Positions 11,333 to 21,454 of a DNA stretch of 64,000 nt are shown here, in pieces. Under the pieces are notes generated by a model. The model saw nothing but the letters and a program-made list of their open reading frames with translations, was not told where the DNA came from and did no database searches. A program made the translations under genes and the position numbers. Origin of the DNA: a virus (lineage: Duplodnaviria > Heunggongvirae > Uroviricota > Caudoviricetes); IMG/VR virus record IMGVR_UViG_3300029305_003072. The stretch is one strand, 5' to 3'. The first letter of the stretch is position 1. Each line of letters begins with the position of its first letter.

Positions 11333-12148
11333 TTAAAAAACTTCGTAAACACCGCCATGTCTGTTCTGGCGGTGCAGGCAATAACCATAGCGCTGAGGCG
11401 CAGGTAGATTGATAACTTCCTTGTGAGTATTTCTCTCATGTGCGGCAGACATCTTTTCCCAAATCTCCATGCTGGGCATAATGCCATCCAGAAGGAAATC
11501 GTCAATGGCATCATAGGGAATACCAGTCTGCTCTTCATCAGTCTTGCCAGTCATACCGTCTGCAGGATGCTTATGAACCAGATCCACAGGCAACTCCAAA
11601 TAGTCACCAATAGCATAAATCTCTCGAACGGTCAGATTACGCAGAAGCGCAAAGTCACCAGCCAAATCACCATATTTGGTGGTGTAACCGATATGGAACT
11701 CAGAGGCATTACCGGTATTGCAGACACGACCACCAATCATACCTGCAACAGCATATAGAGTAGTCATACGCAGGCGGGCGGGGGTGTTGCAGAAATAGAT
11801 GCTGTTGTCGTCGTGGAGGTCAAACAGGTCGGTAGGCAGATCTTCAGTCAGAGTATCGAAAGTTCGACCGATATCAATTTCGTAAGACTTGATACCCAGA
11901 TACTCGCATACTCTGCGAGAATCCTCAATATCAATCTGTACGCCCTGGGGCATCAGTACACCGATCACTCGATCTGCGCCCAGTGCTCGGACGAGCAGGG
12001 CGGCCGCTATTGTGGAATCCTTGCCGCCGGAAATGCCGATAACAGCCTTGGTATTGGGGGTGCCGTTGTCAGCAAAATAGGTCTTGATGAAATTCTCAAT
12101 GAGCTTGACCTGCTCAGCAGGATTGAACTCGTAATCCTTAGTTCTCAT
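11333..12148 (-). CDS. nadE: NH3-dependent NAD+ synthetase
   Basis: GISGGKDST, NTPARLRM, TGNASE, GYTTKYGD and PADG motifs. Confidence 0.9.
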   Translation of the reverse strand: MRTKDYEFNPAEQVKLIENFIKTYFADNGTPNTKAVIGISGGKDSTIAAALLVRALGADRVIGVLMPQGVQIDIEDSRRVCEYLGIKSYEIDIGRTFDTLTEDLPTDLFDLHDDNSIYFCNTPARLRMTTLYAVAGMIGGRVCNTGNASEFHIGYTTKYGDLAGDFALLRNLTVREIYAIGDYLELPVDLVHKHPADGMTGKTDEEQTGIPYDAIDDFLLDGIMPSMEIWEKMSAAHERNTHKEVINLPAPQRYGYCLHRQNRHGGVYEVF

Positions 12149-12621
12149 TTCTCTTCTCCCTCCAAAACATAAATATATACATCATAGTCCTTATATAAGA
12201 CTTCTTCGATCATAGTGGAAATAACTTCCCAATTTGCTCCACCCAGGCCGCAACCAATACCCATAGGAAATCCAATTTTACTTCCTTTTGGAACAGTTTT
12301 AGTAATTTGTCCCAGACAACTCCAAAAGGCGTCATAGGAAGTGTATCTTCGGCCGTCATATCCATAATGCTCTTGGGCGAACATATTTATAACTGTTTGT
12401 TCGGGACTGACTTCGATATACTGACATTCTCCCAGTAATGCTCTTGGACCGCCCCGACTACTGTGATAATCAACCCAACACTCGTATCTGTCAAATACGA
12501 GGGGCCATTTATCATGAATTTGCTTGGCGATGCCAGAGCGCATACGACCCTGGCAATTCACCTGATGACAAATATATTCAACATCTGCTTCGAGCAGATT
12601 TCCAGTTTTATACTGAACCAT
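12145..12621 (-). CDS. Macrodomain (ADP-ribose processing) protein
   Basis: GNLL..ICHQVNCQG..GIA and IGCGLGGANW motifs. Confidence 0.85.
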   Translation of the reverse strand: MVQYKTGNLLEADVEYICHQVNCQGRMRSGIAKQIHDKWPLVFDRYECWVDYHSSRGGPRALLGECQYIEVSPEQTVINMFAQEHYGYDGRRYTSYDAFWSCLGQITKTVPKGSKIGFPMGIGCGLGGANWEVISTMIEEVLYKDYDVYIYVLEGEEK

Positions 12622-14366
12622 TAGAAGCCCTCCGGATACATATTCTTACGAACTTCATCCAGAGTAAACTCCTTAAGCATCTTACCATTGAGGAACACAG
12701 GCTGAAGCAGGTTGCCGTTGCCATATGCATGAGCCTCTTCAAAGGTGTGACCGTCGGTATAGCTCATACCATCGGGGGCAACGATAACACAACCGCGCTG
12801 ACTCTTCTTCCAGGCCAGAGCCTTGGGGTTCTTGTAAATCATAACGGGGTTGCCATCCTTATCTTCGCCATATGTAGCCTTGATGGCGTAGCCGAAGGTA
12901 TCGCGGGTGTAGGGATTGTAATGTGCGTTACCATCTTCGTCGATGGTTTCCAGGCACATGAAGCTGAAAGAGCCAACGCCCAGAATAACATTGTTGATAG
13001 CGTAACCCTGTGCGGTCAGACGCTTGTAGATCGCTTCGCAGCGCTGAGGGGTGATGGAGTCACCATACAGAGCGCGGATGTAATCAGGCAGAACCTTGAA
13101 ACCCTTAGAGTTGATAGTATGGCCGAAAGTCTGATCGAGCGCCCAAACAGTGCCGAGCAATTCCAGGCTGGGGTCGATCTGCTCCCAGGAGATCTCCCAA
13201 TCTTCGATGAACTCATACTTGCAATCGGTCCATGCACCGCGCTCATTGGTCCAGTTGGGAACGAAATGAACCTTGTAGAACTTGCCGTCCTGTGCAAAAT
13301 ACTTATCGCATTCGCACTCAATATGCTCATCACGAGCATAGTCGTCCAGCCAGTTCCAGGTTTCGTCATGGTCGTACCATTCGACTTCATCGCTAGCCAG
13401 CCATTCGATCTTCTTACCGGCCATGACTTCAACGGGATCGCCGGAGTCGCCACGAACGGCAAAGTAACCCTTGTGGTTCATAATCTCCTGCTTACACTGA
13501 GGAATGATATTGGTTACGACATTGTCGTAATCATAAGAGTCACTCACGAAAGAGAAGCTGGTATTGGGATAAATCTCAGTCAGCGCTCTCTTAATGAGGG
13601 TAATCTCGTCACCATCCACAGCAAAGTTGGAGGTAACGGTAGAATGTTCGAAGGAAACTGCACCATAACCGACTTCATCGACATCGGTATTGCAGTTGTA
13701 AATATCTTCCAGCCACTTGATAGCAGGAACGGTGGCAGTGTTGAGGAAGCTCAGCAGCCAGCCCGCAGAAGAAGTCATAGCGGATTCGGGACAGTGCTGG
13801 CCGCGCATGGAGAAGTCACCCAACAGCTTGGGAACACGGATACTGTCGTCACAACTCAGATCTCTGTACTTCTGGACGATCTTGCGATAACGCTTGCCGA
13901 CTTCAACGGAAATCTGGATATGCCAGATATAGCTGGAGAAAGAAGTTTCCAGAGTGTTAGTCAGCCAGGCAAAACCGGGGTGGGTATTGACGAACACAGA
14001 CTGAGGTACGCCGATCTTGGTTTCAGTGCCCTCGGGAACTGCATACATAGCGATAGGCAGATAACCCAGGCGATGCAGGTTGCGAATTTTCTCTTCGCCA
14101 TATGCACCGTGACCCAGGGGATTACCAACGCAATGATTGTACTCGGTCATAACTTCCTCTTCGCTACGGTTGAAGAAGTAGTTGTTGAAAGCATCGATCA
14201 GAATAGTCTTGCAGTAACCTTGACCGCCCCAGTAGGTAACGCGGTCAATGTCATCCAGACGGCTCATACGAGGGGTGCCAGGAGAGTAGATTCGTGTGAA
14301 ACCTTTGGGATACTGTTCTGCGTGAGTTGCCTTATAGAAGTCGATCAAAATAAGAGGATTATACAT
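12621..14366 (-). CDS. Nicotinamide/nicotinate phosphoribosyltransferase (NAMPT-like)
   Basis: IDFYKATH, GDFSMRG, SFEHS, VSDSYD, VRGDSGDP, LYGDSIT and RDTFGYAIKATY motifs. Confidence 0.9.
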   Translation of the reverse strand: MYNPLILIDFYKATHAEQYPKGFTRIYSPGTPRMSRLDDIDRVTYWGGQGYCKTILIDAFNNYFFNRSEEEVMTEYNHCVGNPLGHGAYGEEKIRNLHRLGYLPIAMYAVPEGTETKIGVPQSVFVNTHPGFAWLTNTLETSFSSYIWHIQISVEVGKRYRKIVQKYRDLSCDDSIRVPKLLGDFSMRGQHCPESAMTSSAGWLLSFLNTATVPAIKWLEDIYNCNTDVDEVGYGAVSFEHSTVTSNFAVDGDEITLIKRALTEIYPNTSFSFVSDSYDYDNVVTNIIPQCKQEIMNHKGYFAVRGDSGDPVEVMAGKKIEWLASDEVEWYDHDETWNWLDDYARDEHIECECDKYFAQDGKFYKVHFVPNWTNERGAWTDCKYEFIEDWEISWEQIDPSLELLGTVWALDQTFGHTINSKGFKVLPDYIRALYGDSITPQRCEAIYKRLTAQGYAINNVILGVGSFSFMCLETIDEDGNAHYNPYTRDTFGYAIKATYGEDKDGNPVMIYKNPKALAWKKSQRGCVIVAPDGMSYTDGHTFEEAHAYGNGNLLQPVFLNGKMLKEFTLDEVRKNMYPEGF

Positions 14367-14383
14367 TGTATCAATTTCCTTTC

Positions 14384-14596
14384 TTATACATAAATCTTTT
14401 TGCCGTCAATGATTTTCCAATATAGCCGACCAGATTTGGGATAGGCTCCAGAAGAAGCAAGCCATTCCTCTTTACTGTAAGAGCAAATGATTTTTGACTC
14501 TCCCAGCAACAGTCTTTCCGGAGTTGTAAAAACTGGAACAAAATCTACGCCATCGGCGTCAGCTTCTTCCATTTCTTTCAAAATGAAATCTTCCAT
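14384..14596 (-). CDS. Hypothetical protein
   Basis: ORF in operon context. Confidence 0.5.
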   Translation of the reverse strand: MEDFILKEMEEADADGVDFVPVFTTPERLLLGESKIICSYSKEEWLASSGAYPKSGRLYWKIIDGKKIYV

Positions 14597-14844
14597 TAGT
14601 TGCCTCTTTTCTTTCTTGCGATGCGGATACGCTTGCTTTCCTGCTTGTTGGGGATATGCTCGCGAGTTGCCAATTCGACTTTTACTCGAGCCTGATAGGC
14701 GTGCAATGCCTGGAAATCAGCATCATTCCAGTCATAATCACCCCAACGGTAGGTCTGACGCAGATGTGCCAAAAGCTGGCGAGTTTTCAAATTTTTCATC
14801 TGCTCTTCGGTAAGTAAATCGCATTCTTTTTCAAAATTACTCAT
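14596..14844 (-). CDS. Hypothetical protein
   Basis: Starts MSNFEK after promoter and RBS; the track N-terminus is promoter sequence. Confidence 0.55.
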   Translation of the reverse strand: MSNFEKECDLLTEEQMKNLKTRQLLAHLRQTYRWGDYDWNDADFQALHAYQARVKVELATREHIPNKQESKRIRIARKKRGN

Positions 14845-14936
14845 ATAATCACTTCCTTTACTTTCTATATATATTATATCATATTTTTTTATAAAAATCA
14901 ATAAATCCCCTTGGAAGTTAGTCCAAGGGGATTTAG

Positions 14937-15341
14937 TTATTCAGTAGCATCGTAAATTTTGAGTCCAGTAGAACCATCTTCCCAGTAGGAAATAGAAGTG
15001 ATAACTCCATCATAGTCTGTATAAATAACAAACTCAACGCCATCACTCATTACAAGGAAATAAGTCCAACACGCACATCGAATTTCACTTAGCATAAATA
15101 TGTCGGGAACCTGCGCGAGGACTGTGGGAATAAACGACTCATCCCAGGATTGAGTCTCGCCGCATTCAACCAAAATCGCTTCTGCGCCTGCGGTCAAATC
15201 TTCAACCGGATTGTCAGACTCAGTTACCACAGTTGTCTCAGTGGGATCGAGCGAAGGGGCGATAACTTCGGGTGTGGCACAAGCGCACAAGTTAAGAACC
15301 ATGAGCAAGGCAAATAACATCGCGATAAATCTTTTCATCAT
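14937..15341 (-). CDS. Putative lipoprotein
   Basis: Signal peptide with lipobox-like LCAC. Confidence 0.6.
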   Translation of the reverse strand: MMKRFIAMLFALLMVLNLCACATPEVIAPSLDPTETTVVTESDNPVEDLTAGAEAILVECGETQSWDESFIPTVLAQVPDIFMLSEIRCACWTYFLVMSDGVEFVIYTDYDGVITSISYWEDGSTGLKIYDATE

Positions 15342-16110
15342 TGATTACCTCGTGGATAGATTTTTGTACTTGGTGAGGAATGCGGATATTTTCAAACACT
15401 TCTTGAATATCATCGTGGAATACCAGTTCCGCATGACTGTCCAGGGGAGTAGGATCTCGATTGATGATGACTAATTTATCATCACGACCGAAATAATGAG
15501 GAAGCATATTTGCGGGCGCTACACTCAGAGAGCTGCCAACTACGATGAAAAGGTCGGCATTTCTCGTCCATTGAAGTGCAATATCCCACTCAGTTGAATG
15601 TAATCCCTCGCCATATAGGACAATATCGGGGCGCACAATACCTTGACATTCGGTGCATAGTGGAATGCCATCGTCATCAAAAATATAGTTGCCGTCATAC
15701 TCGGCTAAGCAATCAACACAATAGGCTCGGTTCATCGTTCCATGAATCGCCGAAACCGCGTAGGAATGTGCGTTTTCGTGTAGTCCGTCAATATTTTGTG
15801 TAATGACAGACACAGTCCTTGTTAGCTGTAACAAAGAGATTTTTTCATGGGCGATATTCGGTGTAGCCTTGCGGAAATCCATATTTTTTTGGATATACTT
15901 GAAAAACGCCTCCGGATCCTCTTCGAGACAGGCATTACTCAGATAGTATTCGGGATCATAGAGGAAGTCCTGCTGATTATATAATCCATTGGTACTGCGA
16001 AAATCCGGAATGCCGGAACCGGTAGAAATACCGGCCCCGGTGAAGAATACGATGTGGCGGGCATCCGCAATCATTGTATTCAATTTATCAATTCTATCGT
16101 AGAACTCCAT
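15292..16110 (-). CDS. Sirtuin (Sir2/CobB) NAD-dependent deacylase
   Basis: GAGISTGSGIPDFR, TQNIDGLH, HG, two CxxC, RPDIVLYGE and VGSSL motifs. Confidence 0.92.
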   Translation of the reverse strand: MEFYDRIDKLNTMIADARHIVFFTGAGISTGSGIPDFRSTNGLYNQQDFLYDPEYYLSNACLEEDPEAFFKYIQKNMDFRKATPNIAHEKISLLQLTRTVSVITQNIDGLHENAHSYAVSAIHGTMNRAYCVDCLAEYDGNYIFDDDGIPLCTECQGIVRPDIVLYGEGLHSTEWDIALQWTRNADLFIVVGSSLSVAPANMLPHYFGRDDKLVIINRDPTPLDSHAELVFHDDIQEVFENIRIPHQVQKSIHEVINDEKIYRDVICLAHGS

Positions 16111-16111
16111 A

Positions 16112-16630
16112 TTAGGACCCCAGCTGTGCCTGGATGCAGGCATCGCCCGTAGCCATAGCTTCCTTGAGTGCCTCTTGGGCGACCTTCATATCACAGCTCT
16201 TGGACTTCAAAAATGGCATCACATTTTTCATAATAATGCCCTTATTACCAGAGCAGATAGAAACTGCATTGCAGACGCCCCAGTACATAATCATCTTAAC
16301 GATTTCATCCTTATCGTCAATAACTTGAGGAGCGTATTCCGTTGCGATGGAGAGCTTCATCAGATATTCAGCCTTACGAGCCTTTAATTCTGCATCTCTC
16401 TTGGGATCGGCCGCTCCGTCGGGACAGGTATCGACCATCTCCTGGACGGTCTTCTTATACCTCAATAGCACTTCATCAACGAAGGCGTCAGTGATTTCCA
16501 CTCTCTTTTTGCCAGAGGTGGCAGCTTTGTCGATTGTGGCGACCATATCAGCGAGAGTCAGTCGTCTCAGCTTGTCGCCTGCCTTCAAGGCCGCAGTCAT
16601 ATCAGCCTTGATGGTTTCATACTTATTCAT
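16112..16630 (-). CDS. GatB/YqeY-domain protein
   Basis: IKADMTAALKAGDK...EYAPQ pattern. Confidence 0.7.
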   Translation of the reverse strand: MNKYETIKADMTAALKAGDKLRRLTLADMVATIDKAATSGKKRVEITDAFVDEVLLRYKKTVQEMVDTCPDGAADPKRDAELKARKAEYLMKLSIATEYAPQVIDDKDEIVKMIMYWGVCNAVSICSGNKGIIMKNVMPFLKSKSCDMKVAQEALKEAMATGDACIQAQLGS

Positions 16631-17471
16631 CGGAATTACTCCTTTCTTCATCAAAAATAGTAATCCATTCTCTCCAATAGGGATCATAGCCGTCCTTAAA
16701 CAGCTCTTCGGGGAAGATGGATTTAGTTGTGTAAATGTGATCGACCAGACCATCGGTGCTGGCCATCTCACCCAGAATCACAGTCTTTTCCAGGTGTGTG
16801 ACATACAGACTCACACTCTTGGCGCCGGCAGCCTTCAACGCCTTAGCAGAGTAGAAGAAAGTGCCGCCCTTGGAGCAGATATCGTCGACGATAAGCACAT
16901 TCTTACCGGCAACAGCCTCAGCATTGATAATATCCAGACCCTGGATCTTACCGGTCGACCAGTCACGCTTCTTCATGCCAAAAGCGTAGGGAATGTCGAA
17001 TTCACCAGAATATCTCTTCATAGCGCCTTCATCGGGGAAGAAGAGTACATCAGCCTGGGCGCTGAAAATCGCGTCCAGAACATAATTGGTGATAGGCATT
17101 TCTCTGACATTATTCAGCAGGGCCAGGCTCACGTTACTATGAGCGTCGCGCACCCATACCACGGGAAAATTCAGCGAATTGATGATTTCGCAAAAGTATT
17201 TCAGAGTGAATACATCCTCCTGGGTCTTGGTGCGGTCCTGGCGAGCGTGGGGAATATAGGGCATAAACAGGCGGAAACTGTCTGCGAAGAAGTGCTGATC
17301 CAGGTGTCTCTTGAGGCAGACTAGAGTAAAGAGTTCTGCATCATTTTCATAGAGCCACCAAATTTCGATATCATTCCCGTCGTCAGGAATGGAATCAGGA
17401 TCGAATTTCATCAGCAGCGTATTGTCAGGGAAGTTACCCTGGGTCACTTTGATTCCGTTTACTGTAATCAT
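16623..17471 (-). CDS. PRPP-synthetase-like pyrophosphokinase (possible ADPR-PP synthetase)
   Basis: MPYIPHARQDR, DAHS, FPDEGA, KKRD and LIVDDICSKGGTF motifs; in the NAMPT cluster. Confidence 0.85.
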   Translation of the reverse strand: MITVNGIKVTQGNFPDNTLLMKFDPDSIPDDGNDIEIWWLYENDAELFTLVCLKRHLDQHFFADSFRLFMPYIPHARQDRTKTQEDVFTLKYFCEIINSLNFPVVWVRDAHSNVSLALLNNVREMPITNYVLDAIFSAQADVLFFPDEGAMKRYSGEFDIPYAFGMKKRDWSTGKIQGLDIINAEAVAGKNVLIVDDICSKGGTFFYSAKALKAAGAKSVSLYVTHLEKTVILGEMASTDGLVDHIYTTKSIFPEELFKDGYDPYWREWITIFDEERSNSDE

Positions 17472-17699
17472 AACTTTTCCTCCATGATGGTCCCATTCCA
17501 AGTTCTAAATCAGCACTACCGGCCCATCCAAATACTCGAAATGCTCGTAATTTGATATATGCTTTATATTTTTTGAAATTGCCATTACAGCGAATAAACG
17601 CAGAGGGGCAATAGGGTAAATTTTCGTCTCGTAATTCAAACATCTATTCATCAGTCATTACATAACTGAATTTTTCTGCTTGAAGTTGAGAGTCAGAAA

Positions 17700-18275
17700 T
17701 CAGATGATATTGATCTGACACAGCTTCATCGCCTCCAGAGCAGTCTTATGACTTGCAGGGGTGACACAGGCACAGCAGTCAGCCACAATATTGACAGGAA
17801 CTTCGGGCAGAGTTGCCTTACACAGAATAGCGTTGGAAAGAACGCAAATGCCGGTGCAGAGACCCATCAGCGTAATCTCTTCGATCGGTTCATTGTCATT
17901 CATAGTAGCCAGAATGTTCTGCAACTCAACAGAGCCGAAGCTGGGCTTCTCGATACGCAGGGGATTGGTAGTAGCCAGAGGATAAACCTCCCAGGGGTCT
18001 TTGAAATCCTTGCAACAGTAGGCTTCAAAAACCTCGTCAACGATGGAATGGCCGGCAGTTCCGGCGATGCAGTGCTCTACGGGCAGGTTCTTGCCCTCCA
18101 GGGTGTTTAGATAGAAATGTTCGTGGGTATCCTTAGTGAAAATACAGACAGTATTGGGATCAGCCATCTGCTTGATAGTTTCTGCAACCAGGGGCACAAT
18201 TGCCTGCGCCTCCGGGGTGCCGAGGGAACCATCCACGAAGTCTTTCTGCATATCAACGACGATAAGAACTTTCAT
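17700..18275 (-). CDS. pncA: Nicotinamidase/isochorismatase
   Basis: VVDMQKDFVDGSLG, DTH, HC, K and GLCTGICV motifs. Confidence 0.85.
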   Translation of the reverse strand: MKVLIVVDMQKDFVDGSLGTPEAQAIVPLVAETIKQMADPNTVCIFTKDTHEHFYLNTLEGKNLPVEHCIAGTAGHSIVDEVFEAYCCKDFKDPWEVYPLATTNPLRIEKPSFGSVELQNILATMNDNEPIEEITLMGLCTGICVLSNAILCKATLPEVPVNIVADCCACVTPASHKTALEAMKLCQINII

Positions 18276-18351
18276 AACTATTCATATCCTTTCTTTTACT
18301 TTCTATATATATTATAACATATTTTTTTATAAAAATCAATGGAGGAGCATT

Positions 18352-18600
18352 TTACTGCTCCTCCGGGTATATTAGTCTGGCGCCACAGTAGAAACAGTAG
18401 CGCTTTTCGGGTTTATAAATGGCACAGGCACCGGGTAATGAGTCGGGTTCGAGCATTCCGCATTCGGAACATACTCGATTTCCGTCTTTCGTCCATTTCC
18501 AAAAGCCATACTTGCGTTCGGTACTCGCTACACCGTCCGCAAATCCTTTTTCATAGCCATTTTTATAAGAGAGTTCGCTAATAGTATATTCATCCATCAT
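18352..18600 (-). CDS. Small Zn-ribbon protein
   Basis: CSECG...YCFYCGARL. Confidence 0.6.
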   Translation of the reverse strand: MMDEYTISELSYKNGYEKGFADGVASTERKYGFWKWTKDGNRVCSECGMLEPDSLPGACAIYKPEKRYCFYCGARLIYPEEQ

Positions 18601-19249
18601 TTTTCGTGTCCTCTCTCTTATAGATGCAATTCCATTTGGTCCATTCACCGTAGCACTGGGGCTTGACCGCATCACACAAAGTGGTTAGGTTGATACGCAG
18701 TATAAACAAAATGTCCGCTAAGTCAGCATACTTTTCTTTTGCTTTCTTCAAAATAGGAAGCAGAAGAACTTCGGTCTCTGCGATATTTTTTGCCAACCCA
18801 TCAGTAGTAAAATGAACGGGCATATCTGCAAGATTATTGTAACGATCCAGAGCCTTGCATATGAGAGCCTCTCGGCAATCCAAAAGTTCATTGAAATAAC
18901 GGCATTTTGTTTCGATTTTGCTCGTGTCAGTATCGAAAGTTGTAATCGTCATATACTTGACAGCACGCTTGATAGTATCGTTTACAGGCAGATACTCGAC
19001 CTGTTTGTCGCAATCTTCTACGACATCGTGCAGGAGAATGGTTGCAATAACATTATCATCCTTTACGCCAAGCGCAACTGCGTAGCAGGCCATACTCAGT
19101 GGATGAATAACATAGGGACTGCCATCTCCTCTGCGAGTTTGACCCTCATGAGCCTTACGAGCATATTGCAATGCTTTGATAGACTCGGTCATTCCCGCAC
19201 CGACTAAAAAACCTCTCAAATAGGTATACATTTTTTCAACGTTAGGCAT
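18590..19249 (-). CDS. HD-domain RelA/SpoT-hydrolase-like protein
   Basis: AHEGQTR..G.PYVIHP, LLHDVVED and KALDRYNNL motifs. Confidence 0.8.
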   Translation of the reverse strand: MPNVEKMYTYLRGFLVGAGMTESIKALQYARKAHEGQTRRGDGSPYVIHPLSMACYAVALGVKDDNVIATILLHDVVEDCDKQVEYLPVNDTIKRAVKYMTITTFDTDTSKIETKCRYFNELLDCREALICKALDRYNNLADMPVHFTTDGLAKNIAETEVLLLPILKKAKEKYADLADILFILRINLTTLCDAVKPQCYGEWTKWNCIYKREDTKNDG

Positions 19250-19263
19250 AACTCATTCTCCTT

Positions 19264-19416
19264 TCATTGAAGTGTTGGTAAATCAGATACTTTTTGTTTT
19301 CCATCGCCAATTTTGAGCCAACAAAAATCTTCGGCGTGTAATCGGAAAATAAGTACCTATCCTCTTTCGAGGATATCATCGGAGTGGCTACATAGCCACT
19401 CCGCATATTGGCTCAT
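19264..19416 (-). CDS. Small hypothetical protein with one in-frame TAG
   Basis: MSQYAEWLC...ERG(TAG 19357)VLIF...PTLQ, TGA; fills the operon gap. Confidence 0.45.
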
Positions 19417-19426
19417 ATCTCGGAAA

Positions 19427-20854
19427 TCATACAGCTTCGGCCTCATCATCGAGTCCATCGGCCTCCTCCATGTCAGGCGCATCGGCAGTATCCTTGATGA
19501 TACCCTCCAATACCTTGAAGAAGAAATTCTTATGCTTGTAGGCAGTGAAAGTAGGACGATTGATGATACGAACCACACAACCCTCGCGGATATGAGTGGG
19601 GTCCAGGGGCTCGGGGCCATCGTAGAACTGCTCGACCTTCTTCATAACCCACTCACCGGCGGTGATAGTGGGATCTTCGTAAGAGCCGGGGTTCTGAGGA
19701 ATGATACCAGACCACTCAACAGGTACGAAGTCGACCCCCATATACATACAACGATGACGAGTGAATTCGGGAGTGTACTCGACAACCTCACCATCTTCAT
19801 TAGTCATAGTCATACGGTAGACGAACATACGAGACTGGTGCTCGATATTCTGGAAGGTAGAGTTGGGGTCTGCAGGATCTGCGACACCAGCCACCTGCTT
19901 AGGATTGGGAACACAACCGTAAGAGAAGGTAGTGGTCTTACCGTACTGCTTGACGAAGTCCTTATCCTTTACCTTATCGTTGGAACACTGACCCATGATA
20001 GACTTACCATCGTGAGTGAAGCCAACGATTTCGTAGTAAACAGTCTCGCCCTTCCACAGCTTACCCTCGAAGAAATCGTGGTACTGCTTACGGAACTCAT
20101 TAGAGCCGTAGAAACCGCCCTCAAAAGTATCCATTACAGTACGACGAGTACCGGAAACAGTGCCCCAGTCGTAGATGGGAGTACCCTCACGACGAAGCAG
20201 CCAGTCCCAGAAAGTACGCTTCATACCACGGAAGGTCTTGACATATGCGGTCCGGCCGGAAGTGCCGTGCAACTTACGGGTGATTTCGATCTGGTCGCCA
20301 GGCTTGAACTGATCCAGGTAGTACTGAAGCTGTTCGGTATCCTTATGCTCGAAGAACTGGGGCGCAATAGAGCGCTTTGCACGACGCTTTACACGCTTAC
20401 CAGCGCCGCCGGCCGCAGTCTTAGGTGCGTTGGTGTTAGGAATGAACTTACGGCAGATTTCGTGTCCGTTGACAGTAGTAATCTGCTCGCCCACCTTAAA
20501 CTCTTCCAACTTAGCACCGGTATATGCCAAACAATCCAAAGGCAGGAACAGACCATCGGACTGCTCACCACGCAACTTGATTGCTCGCACATTTCTCTTG
20601 GCGGGATCCATATAACCGCCAGATACATTGACGCCATTCTCGTAAACGGCCAAGAGTCCATTCTTCTCACAGAACTCCATAGAGAGCTGCAGGTCGGTCT
20701 CGAAGTACACACCGATCTGGCCCTCGTAATACTTATCCTTGGCAACGCAGACAGTGCTTTCGAAGCAGGTAGCCAAGACCAACTTATCTGCGTTGGGGTG
20801 CTCGCGCACATTCTTCAAAGTAGTAATAAAACCACAATGACCCATTATTTTCAC
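19427..20854 (-). CDS. ATP-dependent RNA ligase (DRB0094-like, N-terminal OB fold)
   Basis: HPNADKL OB fold, RKLHGTS motif I, YYEIVG, REGCVVR and KHKN motifs. Confidence 0.8.
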   Translation of the reverse strand: MKIMGHCGFITTLKNVREHPNADKLVLATCFESTVCVAKDKYYEGQIGVYFETDLQLSMEFCEKNGLLAVYENGVNVSGGYMDPAKRNVRAIKLRGEQSDGLFLPLDCLAYTGAKLEEFKVGEQITTVNGHEICRKFIPNTNAPKTAAGGAGKRVKRRAKRSIAPQFFEHKDTEQLQYYLDQFKPGDQIEITRKLHGTSGRTAYVKTFRGMKRTFWDWLLRREGTPIYDWGTVSGTRRTVMDTFEGGFYGSNEFRKQYHDFFEGKLWKGETVYYEIVGFTHDGKSIMGQCSNDKVKDKDFVKQYGKTTTFSYGCVPNPKQVAGVADPADPNSTFQNIEHQSRMFVYRMTMTNEDGEVVEYTPEFTRHRCMYMGVDFVPVEWSGIIPQNPGSYEDPTITAGEWVMKKVEQFYDGPEPLDPTHIREGCVVRIINRPTFTAYKHKNFFFKVLEGIIKDTADAPDMEEADGLDDEAEAV

Positions 20855-21177
20855 TCTCCAATCAAATTGATTTTTGCGCCATTGAACTCTTCTCGGCAGT
20901 AGCTGGTCTCGCGCAAATAGACCACAGGACCTACGCCATTTTCACACCAGTGACGATCTACAATACTGTCGCCCTGGCATCCATGAGGGGGATAGTAGAA
21001 GGGAGCATCATCTTCATCTTCGGGAGGCATACATTCAAATGGACCCTCAAGATATTCTGCAACTTCCAGCGGAACGTCGCATTCGTCTACATAGCTATAT
21101 GCAAACACTGGAGCATCTTTTGGGAATTTGGATAGAGCCTCAATGAGGTCACCAACAGTTGCTGTTACCTTACGCAT
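20851..21177 (-). CDS. Hypothetical protein (paralogue of 21170-21454)
   Basis: TVGDLIEALSKFPKDAPV versus TVAELTRALSEYPPDLPI. Confidence 0.6.
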   Translation of the reverse strand: MRKVTATVGDLIEALSKFPKDAPVFAYSYVDECDVPLEVAEYLEGPFECMPPEDEDDAPFYYPPHGCQGDSIVDRHWCENGVGPVVYLRETSYCREEFNGAKINLIGE

Positions 21178-21454
21178 TTTTATTCTCCTTTGGGTGTAAT
21201 TCTCGTAAGCAGAGAATAGGACAAAATCCATTCTCCGCCCAATATTCTTCAATAGAAGAATATCCTTTGCAATAGTAGGGGGTATGATGCTTAAGATATC
21301 CGCCATCATCTACTTCTATACGAGAGCCATTTAGCTCTAAAATTTGAAGACAAGAGTCTCGCTCTTTATCGAAATCATAGAAGAAAATGGGTAAATCCGG
21401 CGGATATTCAGACAATGCCCGAGTCAGTTCGGCAACGGTCATTGTTTTAGCCAT
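21170..21454 (-). CDS. Hypothetical protein (paralogue of 20851-21177)
   Basis: Shared N-terminal motif and C..W.ENG..P motif. Confidence 0.6.
   Translation of the reverse strand: MAKTMTVAELTRALSEYPPDLPIFFYDFDKERDSCLQILELNGSRIEVDDGGYLKHHTPYYCKGYSSIEEYWAENGFCPILCLRELHPKENKNA

Noticed and set aside
14845-14901. ORF starts such as MIFIKKYDIIYIES (also 25752-25952)
   Set aside because: These are translations of the repeated promoter sequence, not real N-termini.
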